This document shows positions 40,001 to 50,753 of a DNA stretch of 64,000 nucleotides, piece after piece. Within the stretch, counting starts at the first letter, position 1, and every line of letters starts with the position of its first letter. A program made the translations under genes and the position numbers. The stretch comes from Candidatus Bathyarchaeota archaeon (GTDB taxonomy: Archaea; Thermoproteota; Bathyarchaeia; Bathyarchaeales; Bathycorpusculaceae): assembly GCA_963828195.1 (NCBI GenBank), contig CAWHDT010000005.1:576001-640000 (forward strand). Direction: 5' to 3'. Below the pieces are notes generated by a model that was given only the letters and a program-made list of their open reading frames with translations, made no database searches and was not told where the DNA came from.

Positions 40001-41629
40001 TTATTCTGATGGGGTGGGTGAGTATCTGCTCAGGTAGCCTTTGGAAATTTTGGGTTTCCTTGGCTTCCACGCAGCCAACCGCTCGTTAAGCTCCTTCTCA
40101 GACAACTCAACTTTCAGAACTCTATCAGGGATGTCAATTGTTATTTTGTCGCCGTTTTTAAGCGCCGCAATTGGTCCTCCTTCGAAAGCTTCAGGCGCAA
40201 CGTGCCCGATGCAGGGTCCACGGGTCGCACCTGAAAATCTGCCATCAGTTATCAAAGCCACACTTTCGCTCAAGCCCATGCCTGCAATTGTGGCTGTTGG
40301 AATCAGCATTTCGGGCATTCCAGGTCCACCTCTTGGTCCTTCATAACGGATAACCACAATGTCGCCTGCAACCACTTCATGGCGTTTCATGGCTTCTTCC
40401 GCTTCGTGCTCTGAATCATAAACTTTAGCTGGACCCACATGCTTAAGCATGTTAGGCGAGACCGCCGCCATCTTCACCACTGAACCTTGCGGGGCTAAGT
40501 TGCCTCTGAGGATAGCGATGCCGCCTTCCTTGTGAACTGGATTACTCAATGGGCGAATGACCTCAGCATTTATGACTTTGGCGTCTGCGACGTTTTCGCC
40601 AACTGTTTTGCCTGTAACCGTTAAAGCGTCAAAATGCTCAAATGGCTTAAGCTCTTTAATCAATGCGGGTAAACCGCCAGCGTTGCCTAAGTCCGCCATG
40701 TCAAAAGAGCCAGTTGGAACCATATTGCACAGATGCGGAACCTTGCGTCCGATCGCGTCGTAGGTTGAGAGGTCAAGTTTTGCTCCTGCTTCGTTGGCTA
40801 TTGCTGAAAGATGCAGAACAGTGTTTGTGGAGCCGCCGAGCGCCATGTCAACCGCCGCAGCGTTTTCGAAGGCGTTTTGGGTCATTATCTGCGACGGCTT
40901 GATGTCTTTCTTTATAAGTTCAACTATTTTCTGTCCAGTCTCTTTGGCTATTCTCTGCTTTAAAGCGCCATTCGCTAATGCTGTAGCGCAGTAAGGAAGA
41001 GACATGCCTAACGCTTCAGTCATACAAGCCATCGTGTTCGCTGTAAACATGCCGTTGCATGAACCGCAGCCGGGACAAGCCACGTTCTCCAACTTCGCTG
41101 ACTCCTCAGCCGTCATTTTGCCCGCGAAGACTTTACCGACTGCTTCAAAAACGTTGTTAACCCCAACTTTTTTTCCGTCCAAAATGCCAGATTCCATTGG
41201 CCCACCCGTGACAGAGATGGCGGGTACGTTTAACCGCGCGGCAGCCATAAGCATGCCCGGCGTCACTTTGTCGCAGTTTGAAATCAGTACCATGCCGTCT
41301 AAACGGTGGGCTTGCATCATGATTTCTACTGAGTCAGCAATTAACTCGCGGCTTGGAAGGCTGTACCGCATGCCTTCGTGACCCATGGCTATGCCGTCGC
41401 ATACGGCTATGGTGTTGAATTCGAAGGGTGTTCCGCCGGCTTCCAAAATGCCTTCTTTCACTGCTTCGCCCAAGGCTCTTAGGTGAATGTGCCCAGGAAC
41501 TATGGATGTGTAACTGTTAGCTATCCCGATGAATGGTTTAGCTATATCTTGGTCTGTTAAACCTAAACTTTTCAAGAGGGCTCTATGTGGCGCCCGTTCA
41601 GTTCCCTTTTTTATTTCATCGCTACGCAT
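40001..41629 (-). CDS. ilvD: Dihydroxy-acid dehydratase
   Basis: [31 protein letters not shown]. Confidence 0.99.
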   Translation of the reverse strand: MRSDEIKKGTERAPHRALLKSLGLTDQDIAKPFIGIANSYTSIVPGHIHLRALGEAVKEGILEAGGTPFEFNTIAVCDGIAMGHEGMRYSLPSRELIADSVEIMMQAHRLDGMVLISNCDKVTPGMLMAAARLNVPAISVTGGPMESGILDGKKVGVNNVFEAVGKVFAGKMTAEESAKLENVACPGCGSCNGMFTANTMACMTEALGMSLPYCATALANGALKQRIAKETGQKIVELIKKDIKPSQIMTQNAFENAAAVDMALGGSTNTVLHLSAIANEAGAKLDLSTYDAIGRKVPHLCNMVPTGSFDMADLGNAGGLPALIKELKPFEHFDALTVTGKTVGENVADAKVINAEVIRPLSNPVHKEGGIAILRGNLAPQGSVVKMAAVSPNMLKHVGPAKVYDSEHEAEEAMKRHEVVAGDIVVIRYEGPRGGPGMPEMLIPTATIAGMGLSESVALITDGRFSGATRGPCIGHVAPEAFEGGPIAALKNGDKITIDIPDRVLKVELSEKELNERLAAWKPRKPKISKGYLSRYSPTPSE

Positions 41630-41698
41630 TTCTATTAACCTCTTTGCTCAATTAAGACACCAATAATTTTATATTTAAGGGTGACGCCTTGAAAAGAG

Positions 41699-43246
41699 AT
41701 GGGATTTCAATGGGGTATTGCTTTATTCAACCGCTTCCCTAAGCACGTGAAATTTTTAGACACCACCCTGCGAGACGGTGAACAAACACCCGGAGTATCG
41801 CTAGTTCCTGAAAGCAAATTAAGAATAGCGCAGCGCCTAGATGACCTTGGCGTAGACATCATCGAGGCTGGATTCGCCGCTGTTTCTGAAGGAGAAATGG
41901 AAGCAGTAAGCCTCATCGCCAAGCAAGGTTTGAAAGCGCAGATCTCAAGTGCAGCAAGAGGAACAAAAAGCGACATCGACGCGGTAGTGAAGAGTGGTGC
42001 TTCAACCGTAAGCATGATTATCCCAACTTCTGATCTGCACATCGAATGTAAACTCCGCAAAACGCGCGAACAGATGCTGAAAGCAACAGATGAATGCGTA
42101 AGATACGCTAAAGATCACGGCTTAGTTGTCGAGTTTTTAGCTGAAGACGCCACCCGATCTGACTTTGATTACATGACCAAAGTTTTCCAGAAGGCAATCG
42201 ACGCAGGAGTAGACAGAATAACCCCATGCGACACAGTTGGCATTTTGACTCCTGAACGGTCAGCTGAGTTCTTTTCGAAACTGAAAGAAAACATAAAGGT
42301 TCCATTGGGAGTGCACTGCCACAACGATTTCGGCATGGCAGTCGCCAACACCGTTGCAGCTTTAGGCGCGGGCGCCGAAGAGGCACATGCAACCATAAAT
42401 GGGCTAGGTGAACGGGCAGGGAACGCTTCATTGGAAGAAATCGCTCTTACACTAAGATCACTCTACAAACTGGACTTGAACATAAAGACCGAGTTGATCT
42501 ACGGTACATCTCAGTTGGTCTCAAGGTTAACTGGGGTTCACGTGCAGCCTAACAAGGCAATAGTCGGCGAAAACGCTTTCACCCACGAATCAGGAATCCA
42601 CACACAGGGAATGCTTGCAAACCCATTGACTTATGAGCCCATTGCACCTGAACTGGTCGGTGCTAGTCGGCGTATAGCTGCTGGAAAACACTCAGGGTCT
42701 CACGCCATCAGAGCGGACCTAGAAAACATGGGTCTTAAGCCTTCTGAGGAACAGTTTAAAGAGATTTTCCAGCGCATCAAAAACTTAGGGGACAAAGGCA
42801 AAACGGTAATGGACGCCGACGTTCTGGCAATAGCAGAGACCGTTATGGGTCTGAGCAAAGCTAAACCGATAAGGCTTGAGGAAATGACGTTTGTCGGCGG
42901 CGACAAAGTTACCGCAACAGCATCAGTGCGTTTGTCGTTGAATGGACAGGATGTTTGGGGCGCGGCGGTCGGGGTTGGACCGGTTGATGCAGCTATAAAC
43001 GCAGTTAAAAACGCAATTGCAGAGGTTGAACCAATCACGCTTGAGCAGTACATGGTTAAAGCCATCACAGGCGGCACAGATGCGATGGTGGAGGTTGAAG
43101 TACGTATGCGCAGGGGAAACCGAACAGTAACAGCCATAGGAGTCCGGGAAGACATAGTGAAAGCCAGCATGGAAGCAGTGCTAAGCGCCATGAACGTGCT
43201 GACAACAGACTACAAAGACGGCTGTGCTCTCACTTTTGACACATAA
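41699..43246 (+). CDS. 2-isopropylmalate/citramalate synthase family enzyme
   Basis: DTTLRDGEQ, HCHNDFG, GERAGN, HESGIH, GVGPVDA; LeuA versus CimA not resolvable by eye. Confidence 0.93.
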   Translation: MGFQWGIALFNRFPKHVKFLDTTLRDGEQTPGVSLVPESKLRIAQRLDDLGVDIIEAGFAAVSEGEMEAVSLIAKQGLKAQISSAARGTKSDIDAVVKSGASTVSMIIPTSDLHIECKLRKTREQMLKATDECVRYAKDHGLVVEFLAEDATRSDFDYMTKVFQKAIDAGVDRITPCDTVGILTPERSAEFFSKLKENIKVPLGVHCHNDFGMAVANTVAALGAGAEEAHATINGLGERAGNASLEEIALTLRSLYKLDLNIKTELIYGTSQLVSRLTGVHVQPNKAIVGENAFTHESGIHTQGMLANPLTYEPIAPELVGASRRIAAGKHSGSHAIRADLENMGLKPSEEQFKEIFQRIKNLGDKGKTVMDADVLAIAETVMGLSKAKPIRLEEMTFVGGDKVTATASVRLSLNGQDVWGAAVGVGPVDAAINAVKNAIAEVEPITLEQYMVKAITGGTDAMVEVEVRMRRGNRTVTAIGVREDIVKASMEAVLSAMNVLTTDYKDGCALTFDT

Positions 43247-43253
43247 ACTTCCT

Positions 43254-43676
43254 TTAAAATTTCCTTTTCAGTGATGTGGCATTGAAGTGTTTGTCATTTG
43301 AAATAAATTCGCCCGCTCCTGTCCTTGTGGCGACAGCTAAGTGAATGGAATCCTCATAATCAAGCCTGTATTCCGCCATAATGCCCAAGGCTAAAGCATA
43401 GTCTTGAGGCTTAAGCGGCTCAATAATTAAGCCTTTAATTCCGATTATAGCTTTAATGACACTTTCTGTAAAGACCTTATCTTTCAGCGTTTTGTCGGCT
43501 AATCCAGCAAGAGACACGAGTGCTTCGTAGAGTGACAAAGAGGAGGTCACATATTCACCCGGAGGGGAACTTTCTATGTCTGTTATCCATTTGCGAGCAA
43601 CTTCCCCGAACGTTGGATTGTTGCTAAGCCAGTATACGAAGACATTGACGTCTACGTAACGTTTTGATTGCGCCAC
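43254..43676 (-). CDS. vapC: VapC PIN-domain toxin
   Basis: YVDVNVFVY, LYE, DYEDSIHLA, ISNDKHF. Confidence 0.92.
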   Translation of the reverse strand: MAQSKRYVDVNVFVYWLSNNPTFGEVARKWITDIESSPPGEYVTSSLSLYEALVSLAGLADKTLKDKVFTESVIKAIIGIKGLIIEPLKPQDYALALGIMAEYRLDYEDSIHLAVATRTGAGEFISNDKHFNATSLKRKF

Positions 43677-43924
43677 TTCTTTTCGACCTCCACCACGTAC
43701 TCGTCAAGGTCCAAGTTTTCAGGCCAATCTGTCACTTTAATGATGCCAAAGTATTTGTCTGCAACAGGCTCGGCAGCTTCAAGGATAACGGTTTTTCCTT
43801 TCGATCTGATGTTAATGTAGCTTCCTTCCCTAATCTGAGCAGCTTTTCGGATGCGTCTGGGAATTATTATTCTACCTTTCCCATCCATTTTAACTGTAGT
43901 GGTTTCAGTCATTACTTTTCCCAC
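43652..43924 (-). CDS. AbrB/MazE-family antitoxin
   Basis: VKMDGKGRIIIPRRIR; overlaps vapC start. Confidence 0.92.
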   Translation of the reverse strand: MGKVMTETTTVKMDGKGRIIIPRRIRKAAQIREGSYINIRSKGKTVILEAAEPVADKYFGIIKVTDWPENLDLDEYVVEVEKKWRNQNVT

Positions 43925-44039
43925 TTAACATAATAATCCCACATTCTTAAATATTACCACAATCTACCCATAAAATTGCTAAAACACCATCCTCAAAGCA
44001 CTTATCGAACTAGGCCTGAAACGCAAGAATACCCTCGTT

Positions 44040-44807
44040 TTATGCGCTTATTTTTGGCGGTGGACGCACTCGTCTGCCAAGCTTTATGCGCAACGCTATT
44101 CGGTACAGTTTTCGCAGCGATTTTACCAGTTGCTCCACGTTGGGTGCGGTTGAGTAGATGAGGGGTATCTGCTCGTACTCCGCTATGCGTATGGCTTCGG
44201 CGTCAGGCGGGGTTTTGTGGAAAACTATAATTCGCGGTTTCAGGCTACTGACGCGCACGATCATCATGGGTAAGCATCCCGCCTCCACGTTTGTGAAAAC
44301 TAGCGCTCGATCAGTTGATGCGCCAAAAAGCTGTGCGTACTCCGAGCCCGAGTAAGTTTCAACCGCTTTGGTGCTATCGATCACCGTGTAACCGTTAACT
44401 TCTTTAACGTACTTTTCTTTGCAAGCTACAATTTCGCCGCCGATAGCTCTGCACAAGTATTCGATCCGCACTGGAATGGGGAACTCACGCAAATCCACAA
44501 CAGCCAGACTTGGGGAACTGGTGAGCTTCGCGAATTCCCTTATGAAGCGGCTGCCTTTGCCCTCGTCAATCTGCAAAAGCGAAAGCACAAACCTTCGAAT
44601 GAATTTAGCGCCTGGACTTTTTCGTCGCCCGCTCTCATAATCGCTAATTACCGAAGATGATAACCCCATCGTTTCGGAAAGGGTCATTTGGGAGACAGCG
44701 AAGAGTTCACGCCACTTCCGCATGGTAGCGCCTGGTTTGCCTGAAAGAATTATTTCTCCAGCAATCCTTCTTGCTAAAACTTCTCTTAAGCTAGGCGACA
44801 CTGACAT
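44040..44807 (-). CDS. Archaeal XRE-HTH transcriptional regulator (COG1709-like)
   Basis: IAGEIILS, MRKWRELF, VISDYESGRRKSPG; ATG at 44807. Confidence 0.88.
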   Translation of the reverse strand: MSVSPSLREVLARRIAGEIILSGKPGATMRKWRELFAVSQMTLSETMGLSSSVISDYESGRRKSPGAKFIRRFVLSLLQIDEGKGSRFIREFAKLTSSPSLAVVDLREFPIPVRIEYLCRAIGGEIVACKEKYVKEVNGYTVIDSTKAVETYSGSEYAQLFGASTDRALVFTNVEAGCLPMMIVRVSSLKPRIIVFHKTPPDAEAIRIAEYEQIPLIYSTAPNVEQLVKSLRKLYRIALRIKLGRRVRPPPKISA

Positions 44808-45016
44808 GAAACAAGGCTCCGGCTTGTAGTCTTTCTTCAAGGTTGAGATATAAAACTGTTCCTGAAAACACCCAATTCGGGTTATGTATGATTTCGCAAT
44901 TTGGGTAAAGATTTAAATTTCGAGTTTTTTAATTATTTCATATTAGAAGCAGCGGTTTTTTAATATCGAAAAGAATAGAATTAGAAAAAAAATTCAGCTT
45001 AAAGGAGAAACCTGTT

Positions 45017-46549
45017 TTGCATTTTGGAAGAGAAAAAAAGATAGTTTTTGCGGTGGTTATGGCGACGGCGTTATGTCTGGTACTTTCGAGTTTTTCGCCG
45101 ATGTCGCATTCTCAAACTAACAGTTTTACTTTACCTTGTACCATCAACACAACGGGCAACGCGTGGGACGGCGACATAGCGTTTGATCTATCCAGTGAAG
45201 CGGTTGATGCTTTGGTAATTATGAACACTAATGGCACCCTGCTGGACGTGCGTCAATCCTCAAGCAGCTACGGACCAACCTATGAAATTGCGCCCGGCAT
45301 TTTATTATTCGAGGGTGAACCTCAAATAAGTGACCCTGACTCTGCCTGGCCAGTTTGGGCTACCCACTTATTGAATTTAACTTCAGGTACAACCGAAGAC
45401 TTTCTCAATGCCCTTAGTGAACATGACATTGAGTACGATCCGGTCAACAACACATTTCTCACTCTGCAAGACTACGTCAGGCAAATCGGAAATAACATGT
45501 TTCTTATGGACAAGATTGTGCAGGTTGACTCAAACGGAAACACGCTCTGGAGCTGGGACACCTACAACTACATTCCCCTCAGCGAAGCTTCCCCGTATAA
45601 CCAGACAGATACGTTGCCTAACGGACAAAACGTGATAGATTTCACCCATGCAAACAGCATTGACTGGGACTACAATAATGGCATTATTTACCTGAATTTG
45701 CGAAACACAAACACCTTCTACGCAATCAACCAGACAACTGGCGACATAATTTGGGCGTGCGGCGAATTCGGCAACTTCACCCTTCTCGGAGCCAACGGCC
45801 AACCGCTGCCTGACGTTAATGGTTTGCCGCCCAGCCTATGGTACAACAGCCACGACGTCAAACAAGTAGCCCCAGACGTATTCACCATGTTTGATAACGA
45901 TTTTGACAATAATTCTAATCCTGACGATTGCCACAGCCAAATGTTAGAAGTGACGCTGAATACAACAAGCATGACAGCTTACGTGAACTGGAGTTGGGAA
46001 GCGCCCACGGCATACTGGAACACCTATGGAGGCGCAACTCTGGTTCTTCCAAACGGAGATTTCATAGCTGATTTTGGGGACCCCTCGCATCAATTGACGC
46101 AAAACTCAGTAAACGGGACAGGTCAATCTTGGGACTTCAATAACACAGGGGCAGTGTTTGTGGAGGTGAATCCCGCTGGGCAGGTTGTGAGAACCTGGAC
46201 GTTCCCAGTCGGGTGGTATGTTTACAGAATTGAAGATGTAACTGGCCCTGTTTCGGCTATTTTCCCAACTTCAACTCCTGTCGCCACTAATCCTACGCCT
46301 GTTGCCACTGCTACGCCCACTCCTGGTGCTTCTCCCTCTCCATCGTCTGTTGCTGCAACTCCAACTCCTGTCGGCACGCCAGCCCCATCTGTTCTACCAA
46401 GTTCAACTCCCCCAATCGCCATTAGTTCTCAAACAATCGTTGCCAGCGTCGCGCTTACAGTGGTTATTGTAGTTGTTGTTGTGTTAGCAGTGGTGTTCTA
46501 TGTGAGAATTAGAAACCGCAAAATTAATGGCGAAACCCAGAAAAATTAA
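45017..46549 (+). CDS. Membrane-anchored arylsulfotransferase (ASST)-family protein, copy 1
   Basis: Signal peptide; EHD, THAN, NLRN, HD, FDN motifs; PT-rich linker plus C-terminal TM. Confidence 0.82.
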   Translation: MHFGREKKIVFAVVMATALCLVLSSFSPMSHSQTNSFTLPCTINTTGNAWDGDIAFDLSSEAVDALVIMNTNGTLLDVRQSSSSYGPTYEIAPGILLFEGEPQISDPDSAWPVWATHLLNLTSGTTEDFLNALSEHDIEYDPVNNTFLTLQDYVRQIGNNMFLMDKIVQVDSNGNTLWSWDTYNYIPLSEASPYNQTDTLPNGQNVIDFTHANSIDWDYNNGIIYLNLRNTNTFYAINQTTGDIIWACGEFGNFTLLGANGQPLPDVNGLPPSLWYNSHDVKQVAPDVFTMFDNDFDNNSNPDDCHSQMLEVTLNTTSMTAYVNWSWEAPTAYWNTYGGATLVLPNGDFIADFGDPSHQLTQNSVNGTGQSWDFNNTGAVFVEVNPAGQVVRTWTFPVGWYVYRIEDVTGPVSAIFPTSTPVATNPTPVATATPTPGASPSPSSVAATPTPVGTPAPSVLPSSTPPIAISSQTIVASVALTVVIVVVVVLAVVFYVRIRNRKINGETQKN

Positions 46550-46640
46550 TTACAATTCTGCTCCCGCGATTCGGACTTTACGTTTTCTCAATTTTACCAA
46601 AAGGCTTTATACGTTCCCAAAGAACTCCAAACGGGGAAAC

Positions 46641-48215
46641 TTGGTTCATTTCAAAAGAAGCAAAAAAACAGTTTATCCAGTAGTGTTAATGACTGCATTA
46701 TGTCTCGCACTATGCAGTTTTCTTCCATTAACCAATTCTCAAACTAGCAGCAGCTTCACTTTACCCTGCACTGTCAACACAACAGGAAACGCGTGGAACG
46801 GCGATATAGCGTTTGATTTAGAATTAAATTCTGGTTTTATGGGTGTAGATGGAACAGGAAATTATTTGGTGGTTATGAACACCAATGGCACTTTGTTAGG
46901 TGTGCGTGAATCTGCCAATAGCTACGGACCTGCCTATAATATTGCTCCTGATACCTTGATGTTTGAGGGTGAGCCTCAAATAGATGACCCGAGCTCTGCT
47001 TGGCCTACTTGGAACACGAATTTCTGGAATTTAACGTCAAACACAATCGAAACGTTTCCTAACGTTCTTAGCGAACATGACATTCAATATGACCCGGTTA
47101 ACAATACTTTTCTTACTCTACAGGACTATGTTAGGCAGGTTGGAAACGACTCGGTTCTTATGGATCGGATTGTAGAAGTTGATCCAAACGGTAATGTTCT
47201 TTGGAGTTGGGATACCTATAATTACATCCCGCTAAGCGAAGTTTCTCCATTCAACGAGACAGATACATTGCCAAACGGGCAAACCGCCATGGATTTAACT
47301 CATGCAAATACTCTTGACTGGGACTACAATAATAGCATTATTTACCTGAATTTGCGGAACACAAACACCTTCTACGCAATCAACCAGACAACTGGCGACA
47401 TAATTTGGGCGTGCGGCGAATTCGGCAACTTCACCCTTCTCGGAGCCAACGGCCAACCGCTGCCTGACGTTAATGGTTTGCCGCCCAGCCTATGGTACCA
47501 CTGCCACGACGTCAAACAAGTAGCCCCAGACGTCTTTCTTATCTTCGACAACGATTACGAAAATAATACTAATCCTGATAATTGCCACAGCCAAATCCTA
47601 GAAGTAACGCTAAACACAACAAGCATGACAGCCTACGTGAACTGGAGTTGGGAAGCCCCCACACAGTACTGGAACGACTATGCAGGCGGCGCTTTGATTC
47701 TTCCCAATGGAGATTTAATCGGCGACTTTGGGGATCCAACGCATCAGTTGCAGCAAAATTCAGTAAACGGGGCAGGTCAATCTTGGAATTTCAACGATAC
47801 CGGTGCCGTGTTTGTAGAGGTGAATCCCGCTGGGCAGGTTGTGAGAACCTGGACGTTCCCAGTCGGGTGGTATGTCTACAGAATTGAAGATATAACTGAT
47901 CCAATTTCTGTTGATGTAGCAACGCCAACTCCGACTTCTGTGGCAGCAGTTCCTGTTGCCTCTGCCACTCCAAATCCTGCAGCTACTGCTACGCCAGTCG
48001 CTACTTCAACTCCCGCCCCTGTTGTTACTCCAACCCCTATCGTCACGTCGGAGCCGCCAACTTCAACGCCGTTAAGCGCCATTAATTCTCAAACAATCGT
48101 TATCAGCGTTGCGCTTGCAATGTCTGTTATAGTGGTTGTTGTGTTGGCCGCGGTGTTTTATGTGAATATAAAGGTTGGCAACCGCAAAATCGATGGGAAA
48201 ATCCAGAACAATTAA
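46641..48215 (+). CDS. Membrane-anchored ASST-family protein, copy 2 (tandem paralog)
   Basis: Same motifs; TTG start at 46641 aligns with the start of copy 1. Confidence 0.82.
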   Translation: MVHFKRSKKTVYPVVLMTALCLALCSFLPLTNSQTSSSFTLPCTVNTTGNAWNGDIAFDLELNSGFMGVDGTGNYLVVMNTNGTLLGVRESANSYGPAYNIAPDTLMFEGEPQIDDPSSAWPTWNTNFWNLTSNTIETFPNVLSEHDIQYDPVNNTFLTLQDYVRQVGNDSVLMDRIVEVDPNGNVLWSWDTYNYIPLSEVSPFNETDTLPNGQTAMDLTHANTLDWDYNNSIIYLNLRNTNTFYAINQTTGDIIWACGEFGNFTLLGANGQPLPDVNGLPPSLWYHCHDVKQVAPDVFLIFDNDYENNTNPDNCHSQILEVTLNTTSMTAYVNWSWEAPTQYWNDYAGGALILPNGDLIGDFGDPTHQLQQNSVNGAGQSWNFNDTGAVFVEVNPAGQVVRTWTFPVGWYVYRIEDITDPISVDVATPTPTSVAAVPVASATPNPAATATPVATSTPAPVVTPTPIVTSEPPTSTPLSAINSQTIVISVALAMSVIVVVVLAAVFYVNIKVGNRKIDGKIQNN

Positions 48216-48447
48216 TTTACATTTTCCTTTCAAGATTTCAAGCCCGCTTTTTACGAAAAATCTGACCTTTTGCGAAAAACTGCGTTAATTGCCTTCTTTA
48301 CAATGGCTTACATCGGAGGGTAGAGGTGGCGACGTTTTGAGTTGAGGCTGCCGGCGACATATCGGGTTATTTAATTGCGTTTATAAGGAAGTTTAGCGTT
48401 GTTATGCAGTTACCTACCGCAATTAATTGTAAAAAGGAGTGATATAT

Positions 48448-48741
48448 ATGGCAGAAAAACCAAATGATGTAATCTTCGTTGGAAACAAACCACCAATGAG
48501 CTATGTGCTCGCCATCATAACGGCATTCTCTTCAGGGACAGAAAAAGAAATAACCCTAAAAGCAAGAGGACAAGCAATAACTACCGCTGTTGACGTTGCA
48601 GAAATCACAAGAAGCCGGTTCCTAAAAGATCTTAAAGTGACAAAAATCGCGATCGGAACAGTCGAGATGCCACCAAGAGAAGGCGAAAACAGGTCCCGCA
48701 TGGTTTCAACGATAGAAATTACTCTCACAAAAGAGCAGTAG
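48448..48741 (+). CDS. albA: DNA/RNA-binding protein Alba
   Basis: VGNKPPMSYVLA, LKARGQAI, VSTIEITL. Confidence 0.97.
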   Translation: MAEKPNDVIFVGNKPPMSYVLAIITAFSSGTEKEITLKARGQAITTAVDVAEITRSRFLKDLKVTKIAIGTVEMPPREGENRSRMVSTIEITLTKEQ

Positions 48742-48840
48742 TTTGACGACGACAATTACCCTGGGAGTTTTAAGCTCTCCAAACTTTTTACATTAAGATT
48801 TTGCATGTTTGAGTTTTTTGTTTTTTGCCTGAATTTTTTA

Positions 48841-49010
48841 GTTGCGACTTTGCCGTGGCGTAAGTTGCGACTTTCGCGGGTGGCTGTTTGTGGTTTGGGC
48901 TGGTTTTTTGGTTTAGGGTTGGTTTCTGCTTTTTGGTTGCGACTTTGGGATGGGCGGATTGCGACTTACAGTGTTGATTTAATGTAGAAATTATTGTCTG
49001 ATATGGGTGG
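48841..49010. repeat. Dispersed non-coding repeat copy B
   Basis: 133/170 identity with 4045-4214, same orientation. Confidence 0.85.
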
Positions 49011-49181
49011 GTTTTACCTCATCCAGCCGTTTTTTGGAAGTTTTCGACCAATTTTTTGGGTGCCAACTAACTTGCCTATTGATTGGAGACCTTTTATCTT
49101 CATCATATTTCACCGCTCAGTATTATTATCTCTGTTTTAAGAAATTAAGTTTCTTCAATTGGCTTTATTAGTAAGAATATT

Positions 49182-50753
49182 TTACATGTAAAATCTGTAT
49201 TGATGTTCGATTTTTTCTTTTGGAGGAATAATTCCGAGTATTTTGCCGACTTTTTCAGCGAAACGTATCGTTATAGGCATGTATGAGCTATAACGTGCAG
49301 TATTCCAATCTAGTCTGGTTAAGGCCAATATTTCATTTGCAAGCTCTCCTGAAGGAGTATCGCCGTTTTGTTCTGTGAATTCTAATGGCTTAGGTACGCG
49401 TGGACCCTGATAACTTCTCACATATGGTACATATCCACCAGTAAATAACATGTTTGAGCCATCCGGCATTTTCAGATATGTTCCTCTTAGTACAGGTTTG
49501 TCGCCATTTCGATAGAAGAATATATCATGCCCTTGAGAAATGGTAATGTAATCTCGCTTTGGAACGTCATGTGAAGCAATGTCAAAGCCTTGAGTTTCAT
49601 CTCTAGCGTATCTTGAACTTTTGTGTATAACTATACGATTGGGAAACTGTTCATCATGATGCTTGCGATAAAGGTTAATTGCGCGGTGAAGTAACTCTGC
49701 AGCACCCTCCTTCGTTAGTCTTGGTTGCCCTTTCTTCTTAGTGTCCCACTGAAAATTGTCGCCTCTAACTACTAATCCTTCGCTAGTATCAGTGAAAACT
49801 TGTGCTAAACTTGCAAACATATTTTTTTCATGTGTTGTTTGATCATAATAAAAAGCTATACCAATAAAGCAGCTACCTGGACTTAATCTACCAAGTTTCC
49901 AAGGAAAGTGATTAGTCTTATAATACAAAGCAACACCCAAATTCCATGCAATCGTTGAAGGATCTTCTTTTCGATGTTTAGCCGACTCAATGGTTGCAAT
50001 TTGCATTACAGTGTTTAACTCTTCTAAAGTGCTTTGCTTGAAAATTTGAACGGGAATTCCTGATTTTATTGCTTCAGCTTTAAGCATTTTTCTGAAATCT
50101 GCTTTTATCACCATATTAATGAAATTTTGAGTATCTTCATCAAGTGGTGCAAGAAGCATTAAATGCGTTTCAATATTCTTTCTTAACTCCTCTGCTTTTG
50201 CTTTCTCTTGCTTAGTTAATCCGCAATGCCTAGATTCTCTACAGTTTTCTTCAATTTCCTTGATTTTATGGCAGATAATTACATCGGGTCTAACTACCCT
50301 GTCACAAATATTACTTATCTTCTTACCATAGAGTTCAGCGGCTTTCCGAATTCTAAGGTTTGGGTTGTCATTTTCAATAACATTTGATACTTCACCACTT
50401 AATATTTTGTCGTTATAATCGGGAGACAGGATGATTCGTGCTCTAAACGCTTTCTCGAATCCTGGAAATACTAGAGTTGTAAAAGGATTTTCTCCAAAAC
50501 TTCGTATCGTTTTTTGATTAAAATATTCAAAGAAATGAGTAAGATCATCTATGCCTTTAGCATTACTTACAAGCCCAACTCTTATCGTCTGAATATCGTT
50601 TGTGGCATCTACTGGTCCATGAATTGTTAACCCTCTCTTTGGGTCAATATCCATTGCCCCATTTCTAAAATAAAGTGGAACCTCTGTCAGATACTTTGCT
50701 TGCAATGTCTCGAGTTTTTGAAAAATTAGTGATTCTTTAATCTGTACAGTCAT
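49182..50753 (-). CDS. Short prokaryotic Argonaute (MID-PIWI, catalytically inactive)
   Basis: DPKRGL..HGP, WNLGVALYYK..PW, CFIGIAF (no catalytic Asp), RIVIHKSS, PVLRGT, LTRLDWN, PITIRFA, YRFYM; no N or PAZ domain. Confidence 0.93.
   Translation of the reverse strand: MTVQIKESLIFQKLETLQAKYLTEVPLYFRNGAMDIDPKRGLTIHGPVDATNDIQTIRVGLVSNAKGIDDLTHFFEYFNQKTIRSFGENPFTTLVFPGFEKAFRARIILSPDYNDKILSGEVSNVIENDNPNLRIRKAAELYGKKISNICDRVVRPDVIICHKIKEIEENCRESRHCGLTKQEKAKAEELRKNIETHLMLLAPLDEDTQNFINMVIKADFRKMLKAEAIKSGIPVQIFKQSTLEELNTVMQIATIESAKHRKEDPSTIAWNLGVALYYKTNHFPWKLGRLSPGSCFIGIAFYYDQTTHEKNMFASLAQVFTDTSEGLVVRGDNFQWDTKKKGQPRLTKEGAAELLHRAINLYRKHHDEQFPNRIVIHKSSRYARDETQGFDIASHDVPKRDYITISQGHDIFFYRNGDKPVLRGTYLKMPDGSNMLFTGGYVPYVRSYQGPRVPKPLEFTEQNGDTPSGELANEILALTRLDWNTARYSSYMPITIRFAEKVGKILGIIPPKEKIEHQYRFYM

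Noticed and set aside
49182-50753. Active slicer (long-A) Argonaute
   Set aside because: No N or PAZ domain, and catalytic Asp positions are replaced (GIAF, HKSS)
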